Below are positions 15,301 through 27,300 of a stretch of DNA of 64,000 nt, in pieces. The notes below the pieces were generated by a model, which had not been told where the DNA came from, did no database searches, and saw nothing but the letters and a program-made list of their open reading frames with translations. Source of the stretch: Chloropicon primus (taxonomy: Eukaryota). The stretch lies in assembly GCA_023205875.1 (NCBI GenBank), contig CP060756.1, forward strand, positions 1,364,001 to 1,428,000, written 5' to 3'. Every line of letters begins with the position of its first letter. The first letter of the stretch is position 1. The translations under genes and the position numbers were made by a program.

Positions 15301-18300
15301 CCTCATGAAGGGTTCCCTTGGAGCAGTGCTCTTGGAATGCAAACTGATTGTGACATCCAAAAGTGCTTGACGCTGATAAACCGCTGGTTTGAACTTGCCA
15401 TTGAAGTCTATACTGAACGGAGTCTGGCATAAATCGCACAGCCTTCTTTTGGTCAGACGCGTTGGCCTTCAAGCTCTTTGCAATCAGTCCATTTATGCAA
15501 AGATCGAAGTTGTGAGAGGTACCTGAGACCCTGTAGTGTGTTTCTTTCTGTGTGGCCGTGCTAGAAGCAGAATCATAGACTGACAAGGCATGGTAGCTAT
15601 AGTCACGCATGCATCCGCTGCCATGCAAAGCATGGAAGCCAGCGGGAACAAAAGTCGACGATTCTCCATCATTTTGACCAGCGGAGGATACTACGGAGCA
15701 CATTCCTCTTGCTGCGCCAACCTGGAGTGAGGCATCGAGCACAGCGGGACATAACTTGAAACCCCTATCTTCAGTAGGGAGAACGTTTTCAACATTACCC
15801 ACTGCAATGTCAAACTGGGGTTGATGGACCTCATTGGATCCAAGCCAAACACTTGACAGCAATGCAAAAGAAGGACCATATTGGAGGCCATGAGCAGCAA
15901 AGAAGGGATAAAGATAAGCTCCGTTCACAAGGGTACGGCTCTTTGATCTGACTACTTCTCTTGAGAAGCCTGTCCTCTCAATGTCACCATTCACCCTTTT
16001 GTCTTTCGCCTGTTGCATCTGCACTTTTCCATGGACATGCAATCTCTTTTGTGATCTGCCTGTGTTCTCCGATGAGAGTGTTAGGCCACCTGTATCCAAT
16101 TGCAACTCAGCAGTACAATACAAACTATTGACCATGTTCTCACCAAGATCCTCCAGAGAAAGAGGCGAAGCAATCACAGAGTCGCACATAGAATATTCAC
16201 ATGCAAGGCCAGAATCTCTCAAAGCAGAGGCGATCGAACTGTAACCAAGTTCCATGAAGGCGGCGCCTGGCAACAACGCTTGTCCAGAGATGACATGATC
16301 CCACAGATAAGCCATTGCCGGATGATACATCTTGCAAGTAAAAATGCATGAATTTGGAAGGACACGTGCTGGTGCGCAACTCACCATCAAATCAAAGTCA
16401 ACAGTGTACCAACAACGCTCACGTTGCCACAGCATGACCAAACCTGGACGAGATACAGTATCAATATTTCCAACAGATCCACTGCAATGAGATAACAGTG
16501 CATGGGCATTGGTGCCCTGGAAAGCGAAGCCGCTCACACCTCCAACACTTGCATCTCCACATGCCAATGAGCTTGATTGACGACTCAGATCAACAGCAAG
16601 ACTATTGTTCTTGTCAGAGCCACTACCAAGCATACTCAGTATGTGATGATTCAGATGTCTCAAGTGACTGATGGCACTAGCTGATTTGTGCATCAGATTG
16701 CCTGCGAGCTGAACCATACCAGCCATACCAGCTGCTGCTTCACTATGCCCCATATTGCTCTTCACTCCAGACATGTGGACAGGGAAGTCCCGTTTGGTGG
16801 CCTCGGAGAGTAACACAGCAGATGCTGCACCGACCTCAATGGGGTCACCAAGAGGAGTACCTGTACCGTGCATCTGCAAGACCTGTACATTCCAGGCATC
16901 AAGGTCTGCCGAGTGCAAGCTCATACGCATCACTTGCTGTTGAGAGGGTCCGTGCGGTGCGGTCAAAGCACTGGATCGCCCATCTTGGTTCACAGCAGTG
17001 CCACGTAGCATCACCGTATCTTGTTTGGAACCATCTTCAAGAGGACCGAGAACGCAAGCGATGCAAGCTTCAGCACGCACGTAACCGTCTGCTGATGCAT
17101 CCAAGGTCTTGCAACGCCCATCAGGCGCAAGCATGCCTGCTCTCTGGATAGAATGAAACGTCGACCTCATGATAAGGATTTCATTACCGCACACAAGACC
17201 CTTCGAGAGTTGACCTAGAACAAGGCCCATGTAGGACATGTGTGCTGCGACAAGAGAGGATGAACAAGCCGTATCAACAGCTGCACAAGCTCCTTGCAAA
17301 CCATATGTGAAGGACAGTCGCCCTGCAGAAACACATAAAGAACCTGACGTAACCGCATTGCCGTCGTTCTTATGACCCAAACTTCCATAAACATAGGAAT
17401 ATTCAAGATGCTGAGTACCCACCATCACACCCATCCTCTGTTTCTGATGCATCCAACTCGAGGAAGAATCGGATTCCATGCTGTGCAGAGCTTCATACGA
17501 TACCTCGAGAAGAAGACGTTGGTGAGGATCCATCCAACACGCCTCAGAGCGAGATACGCCAAAACATGGTATATCGAAGAGCCCTATGCCGTCAAGGAAA
17601 CCACCAAAACGGATTGGCACAATGGGCGCACCATCCTTGTAATCCTCATCAGCGTCCCAGCGCATGTGTGGAACCCTCCAAATACTGTCCCCAGCATTGG
17701 AAGTCTGGCAAAGATTGTGTTCAGGAGTGGGTAACCGTGCCGCAAGACTCAACATATGAACACTCACAGATCCTTCAGAGACTGTCCGAATGCCTGTCGA
17801 TATTGCAGCAGAAGCCAAAGGCACCTGCTTCGGACCAAGCAAGGTCTCTGCGTATTCAATGATAGCATGAACGCTTGGATAGTCAAAGATCAGCATCCCA
17901 GGCAAATCAATACCAAGGCTCTGCTCAAGAGATGAACGCAATTCCATCGCACCAAGGGAATCAAGACCTGCAGCCATCAATGGTTCATCGGGATTCGTAT
18001 CATGACCCACGACAGCATGCACAGCTTCCTTGACCTTCTGCTGTAATACGTCCGCATCCATGCCAGAGGTTCCAGAGCTTTGTCTTGGCTCAATAAAACT
18101 CTCTGCGTATTCAATGATAGCATGAACGCTTGGATAGTCAAAGATCAGCATCCCAGGCAAATCAATACCAAGGCTCTGCTCAAGAGATGAACGCAACTCC
18201 ATCGCACCAAGGGAATCAAGACCTGCAGCCATCAATGGATCGTCTGGGCTCACCTCATGACCCACGACAGCATGCACAGCATCCTTGACCTTCTGCTGTA

Positions 18301-21300
18301 ATACGTCCGCATCCAAAGTCATGCCGGATGCAGCGCTGGCAGATGTGTTGGACATTCTTGTGGCATCGATAGAAGAACCGTGACCATGAGATGCAGTGTC
18401 ATGCATATTTGAGAATAGTGGAGGAACATGTGTCATGCGAGAGAGGAATCTATCCCACATGAAGCGCTGAACAGCAACTTGGGCGTGAGATGACCACATC
18501 GCATTGTCCAAGCAACCACCACCACCACAAACACGACCTGCAATACTCTGCAAGGCGAACAATCCTTCATACGGAGACAACATGTAAAGACCCATCTGCT
18601 CCATGCGCTTGGCATGCTTGACTGCCATGCCACCAGATGCCCAAGGACCCCACTGGACACTCACAGCACTCACGCCTGCATTCTGCCACATGTGAGCTTG
18701 GGCATCCAATACAGCATTGGCTGCAGCGTAATTGGTTTGTCCAGCTGATCCAAGCAAAGCAGCAACAGAAGAGAAGAGAACTTGAGCACCCATGGCTTCC
18801 ATTGCAAATGTCTTCGCCAGCTGATGCAAGCCCACAACCTTGGGAGCAAATACTTGCTTCACAGATTGTGCTGTCTGGTTGCTGAGCACAGAATCAGCAA
18901 GGACTCCGCCAGCATGCATCACACCTTGTACGCCAAGACCTCCAAGCAAGTGACAATCTTCAGCACAGGACACATCGCAATGCAGTATTTGCACCTCCGC
19001 ACCGCAACTGTGACCACACAAACCCTTGCTCATGGACTTGATGTGACCAGTGCGACCCAACATCAACACGCAATCGATTCCGTGTTGAGTGAGATGCTGT
19101 CCTGTCAGCAGTCCAAGAGCACCAGTGCCTCCCGTCACAACCCATGATCCTGCCACGGAAGACAGTGACTGAGAAGAATGAGGGAAACATGGAACCATAG
19201 CTGCAGTCTCCACCATGCTCTGATCCACATATACACACCAGCCTCCGCCATTGTGAATCTCACTTAGAGGCAAACAAGACTCATCAACCTTATTGCTTGT
19301 GTCATGAGATCCAAAGTGCAGTGAAGTGGATTGTACACCATTCAGAGCACAAGCTCGTAGAATGCCGTATATCATAGCATTTCCCTGGTCCCCGACAAAA
19401 GGTGCAGGAACACCACAAGAGGTGGATGTGGTCGATTTGGAAACCAACTTGAGGTCGCAAGAGCTCATTTGGTTGTATTTGTCCTGAAGGACAGCAATTG
19501 TACTCAGGGATAATGCCACAAGGGACGCAGGGTGATCGAGCAAGCACGATTTCTGCTCAACAAAAGAGTCAGCGTCTCCTCCGCTCCATACGTGGCATGA
19601 AGATGCACTCATGTCATCCAAGACTTGCGCAGAAGAGATCACAGGGCACACAGATTGCCATGACAACGTGTACTGCACTTGCTCGGAGAGGTCCGCGGAG
19701 CTTCTCATACGGCTCAGCGGCACCGACAAGTCTTTCCTATGTAGAGTACCATTCAACTCCACCGCACCGAATCTTGACATCTCCGTACGACTGGACTTGC
19801 CACGGTTGGCCAAGCATAGCCAATCCCCGGCACTGGAATACGAAGATGTTCCCATCCTCATAGCATCTGCGCCACAAGCAAGTCCACTGAGATGACTCCA
19901 TTCACCAAGTCCCAAACACATTGCGAGATGAACAGGGTTCACCACGTATCCGTCTTCTGAGGAAACCATCTCGTTGATGTTTGGCAACATGTATCCCAAA
20001 TAGGTTGCGGAAGGACTGGCATTGCTGAGATCAGTATCAAAGACCCTCGTGTGCTTTTGCACATCGTCTTCACTGTGATGATTTGTTGAGGGTGCCCACT
20101 GAGTTGTGCCTGCTAGACACGTTTTAGACTGAGAGGAACCTCCGCAGACTACACTAATCTCATTCTTCCTCTGCACTAGGACGTTCACAGTTTGCGACGT
20201 TGAATCATCCAGTACAATTGGTGCGGGCATGGTGAGATTGCGCATCACATATGAATCGGTCTTTTCATTCTTGCCGCCAGATCTTAGAACGTCAATCGTA
20301 CCGGCACACATCTCAATCAGGGATCCCATACCTGCGATGGGTCTGCCGTTGAATAAGTGTTGCCAAATGAAAGCATGCTGTACTCTATTCAGCATACCCT
20401 CGAGGCTAATATCTCCACCCTGCGCAAAGGCAACACGTGACAAGAGTTTTGGGAGTTTGCACACATACCAACAACGCTCACGTTGCCACAGCATGACCAA
20501 ACCTGGACGAGATACAGTATCAATATTTCCAACAGATCCACTGCAATGGGATAACAGTGCATGGGCATTGGTGCCCTGGAACGCAAATGCCCCAACTTCA
20601 CCGATGCACACATCTCCACATGCCAATGAGCTTGATTGACGACTCAGATCAACAGCGCCACCAACCATGCTCAGTATGTGATGATTCAGATGTCTCAAGT
20701 GACTGATGGCACTAGCTGATTTGTGCATCAGATTGCCTGCGAGCTGAACCATACCAGCCATACCAGCAGCACATTCAGTATGTCCAATGTTGCTCTTCAC
20801 TCCAGACATGTGGACAGGGAAGTCCCGTTTGGTGGCCTCGGAGAGTAACACAGCAGATGCTGCACCGACCTCAATGGGGTCACCAAGAGGAGTACCTGTA
20901 CCGTGCATCTGCAAGACCTGTACATTCCAGGCATCAAGGTCTGCCGAGTGCAAGCTCATACGCATCACTTGCTGTTGAGAGGGTCCGTGCGGTGCGGTCA
21001 AAGCACTGGATCGCCCATCTTGGTTCACAGCAGTGCCACGTAGCATCACCGTATCTTGTTTGGAACCATCTTCAAGAGGACCAAGAACGCAAGCGATGCA
21101 AGCTTCAGCACGCACGTAACCGTCTGCTGATGCATCCAAGGTCTTGCAACGCCCATCAGGCGCAAGCATGCCTGCTCTTTGGATGCATTCAAACGTCTTG
21201 CGTCTTACGTGGATGTCAATTCCACACACAAGACCAGAAGATAGTTCTCCTGCACGCAAACCCATAAACGACACGTGCATAGCAACTAAAGATGCTGAGC

Positions 21301-24300
21301 AAGCCGTATCAACAGCTGCACAAGCTCCTTGCAAACCATATGTGAAGGACAGTCGCCCTGCAGAAACGCTAAGAGATGCTGAAGTAACTGCATACGATTC
21401 CATCTTCAAGCCCTGATATGACATTTCATTGGAAAACTCAATGTGTTGAATGCCAACCATCACACCCATCCTCTGTTTCTGATGCATCCAACTCGAGGAA
21501 GAATCGGATTCCATGCTGTGCAGAGCTTCATACGATACCTCGAGAAGAAGACGTTGGTGAGGATCCATCCAACACGCCTCAGAGCGAGATACGCCAAAAC
21601 ATGGTATATCGAAGAGCTCTATGCCGTCAAGGAAACCACCAAAACGGATTGGCACAATGGGCGCACCATCCTTGTAATCCTCATCAGCGTCCCAGCGCAT
21701 GTGTGGAACCCTCCAAATACTGTCCCCAGCATTGGAAGTCTGGCAAAGATTGTGTTCAGGAGTGGGTAACCGTGCCGCAAGACTCAACATATGAACACTC
21801 ACAGATCCTTCAGAGACTGTCCGAATGCCTGTCGATATTGCAGCAGAAGCCAAAGGCACCTGCTTCGGACCAAGCAAGGTCTCTGCGTATTCAATGATAG
21901 CATGAACGCTTGGATAGTCAAAGATCAGCATCCCAGGCAAATCAATACCAAGGCTCTGCTCAAGAGATGAACGCAATTCCATCGCACCAAGGGAATCAAG
22001 ACCTGCAGCCATCAATGGTTCATCGGGATTCGTATCATGACCCACGACAGCATGCACAGCTTCCTTGACCTTCTGCTGTAATACGTCCGCATCCATGCCA
22101 GAGGTTCCAGAGCTTTGTCTTGGCTCAATAAAACTCTCTGCGTATTCAATGATAGCATGAACGCTTGGATAGTCAAAGATCAGCATCCCAGGCAAATCAA
22201 TACCAAGGCTCTGCTCAAGAGATGAACGCAACTCCATCGCACCAAGGGAATCAAGACCTGCAGCCATCAATGGATCGTCTGGGCTCACCTCATGACCCAC
22301 GACAGCATGCACAGCATCCTTGACCTTCTGCTGTAATACGTCCGCATCCAAAGTCATGCCGGATGCAGCGCTGGCAGATGTGTTGGACATTCTTGTGGCA
22401 TCGATAGAAGAACCGTGACCATGAGATGCAGTGTCATGCATATTTGAGAATAGTGGAGGAACATGTGTCATGCGAGAGAGGAATCTATCCCACATGAAGC
22501 GCTGAACAGCAACTTGGGCGTGAGATGACCACATCGCATTGTCCAAGCAACCACCACCACCACAAACACGACCTGCAATACTCTCCAAGGCGAACAATCC
22601 TTCATACGGAGACAACATGTAAAGACCCAACTGCTCCATGCGCTTGGCATGCTTGACTGCCATGCCACCAGATGCCCAAGGACCCCACTGGACACTCACA
22701 GCACTCACGCCTGCATTCTGCCACATGTGAGCTTGGGCATCCAATACAGCATTGGCTGCAGCGTAATTGGTTTGTCCAGCTGATCCAAGCAAAGCAGCAA
22801 CAGAAGAGAAGAGAACTTGAGCACCCATGGCTTCCATTGCAAATGTCTTCGCCAGCTGATGCAAGCCCACAACCTTGGGAGCAAATACTTGCTTCACAGA
22901 TTGTGCTGTCTGGTTGCTGAGCACAGAATCAGCAAGGACTCCGCCAGCATGCATCACACCTTGTACGCCAAGACCTCCAAGCAAGTGACAATCTTCAGCA
23001 CAGGACACATCGCAATGCAGTATTTGCACCTCCGCACCGCAACTGTGACCACACAAACCCTTGCTCATGGACTTGATGTGACCAGTGCGACCCAACATCA
23101 ACACGCAATCGATTCCATGTTGAGTGAGATGCTGTCCTGTCAGCAGTCCAAGAGCACCAGTGCCTCCCGTCACAACCCATGATCCTGCCACGGAAGACAG
23201 TGACTGAGAAGAATGAGGGAAACATGGAACCATAGCTGCAGTCTCCACCATGCTCTGATCCACATATACACACCAGCCTCCGCCATTGTGAATCTCACTT
23301 AGAGGCAAACAAGACTCATCAACCTTATTGCTTGTGTCATGAGATCCAAAGTGCAGTGAGAGTGGATTGTACACCATTCAGAGCACAAGCTCGTAGAATG
23401 CCGTATATCATAGCATTTCCCTGGTCCCCGACAAAAGGTGCAGGAACACCACAAGAGGTGGATGTGGTCGATTTGGAAACCAACTTGAGGTCGCAAGAGC
23501 TCATTTGGTTGTATTTGTCCTGAAGGACAGCAATTGTACTCAGGGATAATGCCACAAGGGACGCAGGGTGATCGAGCAAGCACGATTTCTGCTCAACAAA
23601 AGAGTCAGCGTCTCCTCCGCTCCATACGTGGCATGAAGATGCACTCATGTCATCCAAGACTTGCGCAGAAGAGATCACAGGGCACACAGATTGCCATGAC
23701 AACGTGTACTGCACTTGCTCGGAGAGGTCCGCGGAGCTTCTCATACGGCTCAGCGGCACCGACAAGTCTTTCCTATGTAGAGTACCATTCAACTCCACCG
23801 CACCGAATCTTGACATCTCCGTACGACTGGACTTGCCACGGTTGGCCAAGCATAGCCAATCCCCGGCACTGGAATACGAAGATGTTCCCATCCTCATAGC
23901 ATCTGCGCCACAAGCAAGTCCACTGAGATGACTCCATTCACCAAGTCCCAAACACATTGCGAGATGAACAGGGTTCACCACGTATCCGTCTTCTGAGGAA
24001 ACCATCTCGTTGATGTTTGGCAACATGTATCCCAAATAGGTTGCGGAAGGACTGGCATTGCTGAGATCAGTATCAAAGACCCTCGTGTGCTTTTGCACAT
24101 CGTCTTCACTGTGATGATTTGTTGAGGGTGCCCACTGAGTTGTGCCTGCTAGACACGTTTTAGACTGAGAGGAACCTCCGCAGACTACACTAATCTCATT
24201 CTTCCTCTGCACTAGGACGTTCACAGTTTGCGACGTTGAATCATCCAGTACAATTGGTGCGGGCATGGTGAGATTGCGCATCACATATGAATCGGTCTTT

Positions 24301-27300
24301 TCATTCTTGCCGCCAGATCTTAGAACGTCAATCGTACCGGCACACATCTCAATCAGGGATCCCATACCTGCGATGGGTCTGCCGTTGAATAAGTGTTGCC
24401 AAATGAAAGCATGCTGTACTCTATTCAGCATACCCTCGAGGCTAATATCTCCACCCTGCGCAAAGGCAACACGTGACAAGAGTTTTGGGAGTTTGCACAC
24501 ATACCAACAACGCTCACGTTGCCACAGCATGACCAAACCTGGACGAGATACAGTATCAATATTTCCAACAGATCCACTGCAATGGGATAACAGTGCATGG
24601 GCATTGGTGCCCTGGAACGCAAATGCCCCAACTTCGCCGATGCACACATCTCCACATGCCAATGAGCTTGATTGACGACTCAGATCAACAGCGCCACCAA
24701 CCATGCTCAGTATGTGATGATTCAGATGTCTCAAGTGACTGATGGCACTAGCTGATTTGTGCATCAGATTGCCTGCGAGCTGAACCATACCAGCCATACC
24801 AGCAGCACATTCAGTATGTCCAATGTTGCTCTTCACTCCAGACATGTGGACAGGGAAGTCCCGTTTGGTGGCCTCGGAGAGTAACACAGCAGATGCCGCA
24901 CCGACCTCAATGGGGTCACCAAGAGGAGTACCTGTACCGTGCATCTGCAAGACCTGTACATTCCAGGCATCAAGGTCTGCCGAGTGCAAGCTCATACGCA
25001 TCACTTGCTGTTGAGAGGGTCCGTGCGGTGCGGTCAAAGCACTGGATCGCCCATCTTGGTTCACAGCAGTGCCACGTAGCATCACCGTATCTTGTTTGGA
25101 ACCATCTTCAAGAGGACCAAGAACGCAAGCGATGCAAGCTTCAGCACGCACGTAACCGTCTGCTGATGCATCCAAGGTCTTGCAACGCCCATCAGGCGCA
25201 AGCATGCCTGCTCTTTGTATGATAGAAAATATGTTTTGACACACGTGCAAGTCAATTCCACAAACAAGACCAGAAGATAGCTCTCCTGCACGCAAACCCA
25301 TAAACGACAAGTGCATCGCAACTAAAGATGCTGAGCAAGCCGTATCAACAGCTGCACAAGCTCCTTGCAAACCATATGTGAAGGACAGTCGCCCTGCAGA
25401 AACACTCAAAGACCCCGCCGTGACTGAATACGTTTCCATTTTCAAGGAATGCAATCCCATTAAATCCCGGTATTCGAGATGCTGAGTACCCACCATCACA
25501 CCCATCCTCTGTTTCTGATGCATCCAACTCGAGGAAGAATCGGATTCCATGCTGTGCAGAGCTTCATACGATACCTCGAGAAGAAGACGTTGGTGAGGAT
25601 CCATCCAACACGCCTCAGAGCGAGATACGCCAAAACATGGTATATCGAAGAGCTCTATGCCGTCAAGGAAACCACCAAAACGGATTGGCACAATGGGCGC
25701 ACCATCCTTGTAATCCTCATCAGCGTCCCAGCGCATGTGTGGAACCCTCCAAACACTGTCCCCAGCATTGGAAGTCTGGCAAAGATTGTGTTCAGGAGTG
25801 GGTAACCGTGCCGCAAGACTCAACATATGAACACTCACAGATCCTTCAGAGACTGTCCGAATGCCTGTCGATATTGCAGCAGAAGCCAAAGGCACCTGCT
25901 TCGGACCAAGCAAGGTCTCTGCGTATTCAATGATAGCATGAACGCTTGGATAGTCAAAGATCAGCATCCCAGGCAAATCAATACCAAGGCTCTGCTCAAG
26001 AGATGAACGCAATTCCATCGCACCAAGGGAATCAAGACCTGCAGCCATCAATGGATCGTCTGGGCTCACCTCATGACCCACGACAGCATGCACAGCATCC
26101 TTGACCTTCTGCTGTAATACGTCCGCATCCAAAGTCATGCCGGATGCAGCGCTGGCAGATGTGTTGGACATTCTTGTGGCATCGATAGAAGAACCGTGAC
26201 CATGAGATGCAGTGTCATGCATATTTGAGAATAGTGGAGGAACATGTGTCATGCGAGAGAGGAATCTATCCCACATGAAGCGCTGAACAGCAACTTGGGC
26301 GTGAGATGACCACATCGCATTGTCCAAGCAACCACCACCACCACAAACACGACCTGCAATACTCTCCAAGGCGAACAATCCTTCATACGGAGACAACATG
26401 TAAAGACCCAACTGCTCCATGCGCTTGGCATGCTTGACTGCCATGCCACCAGATGCCCAAGGACCCCACTGGACACTCACAGCACTCACGCCTGCATTCT
26501 GCCACATGTGAGCTTGGGCATCCAATACAGCATTGGCTGCAGCGTAATTGGTTTGTCCAGCTGATCCAAGCAAAGCAGCAACAGAAGAGAAGAGAACTTG
26601 AGCACCCATGGCTTCCATTGCAAATGTCTTCGCCAGCTGATGCAAGCCCACAACCTTGGGAGCAAATACTTGCTTCACAGATTGTGCTGTCTGGTTGCTG
26701 AGCACAGAATCAGCAAGGACTCCGCCAGCATGCATCACACCTTGTACGCCAAGACCTCCAAGCAAGTGACAATCTTCAGCAAAAGACACGTTTGTTGATA
26801 TCTGGATGATATTTTCATATTTTCTGATCTTTGTAATCCTTTTGGTTCTTCCCAAGAGATACGTGAAGGCTTTGCATTTTTTTTGTAGCAGGTCTTTGAT
26901 GATATTTCCTAGTGCGCCTGTCCCACCGGTGATCATTGTTGTGCCCTTCATATGTTGGTTGCTGAATGTTGATATTTGTACTGGGCACAATCTAGGTGTG
27001 TACGATATGCTTGCTTTCAGAAGCCTCGCATATTTGTCTTGAACTATTTGTCGCTCATGAGTAAACGATGAATGCCTTGTTCCGTACTCATTGTGAATGT
27101 CATACATGGTGATCATAGCTACTTTTCCAATGGTATTTTCATACACTCTGCACAGTGCTGTTAAAACGGAAGCCATGACCCCTTGCAACCCATCGCTTGA
27201 CGCTGGTCCTAAGACTGGCGGTGCGGAGGATGTGGATGTGAATGTCGATGCGATAGAGTCCTTCATTTGCATTCGCTGCAATAAACTTATGCTTGATAGT

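Larger units (their letters stand above)
1..17980. repeat. Higher-order tandem repeat with an 8724-bp period (one DH* module plus one DH-ER module)
   Basis: gcatccaactcgaggaagaa occurs at 1, 8725 and 17449; the ORF track repeats at offset 8724. Confidence 0.95.

Noticed and set aside
1..26780. Repeats read as a transposon array, satellite or CRISPR
   Set aside because: Units are in-frame PKS modules; there is no repeat-spacer structure and no transposase
35..26798. Dozens of recurring short ORFs (for example MSTHGFHCK…, MVYRRALCR…)
   Set aside because: They are antisense or off-frame shadows of the minus-strand PKS, repeated because the modules repeat
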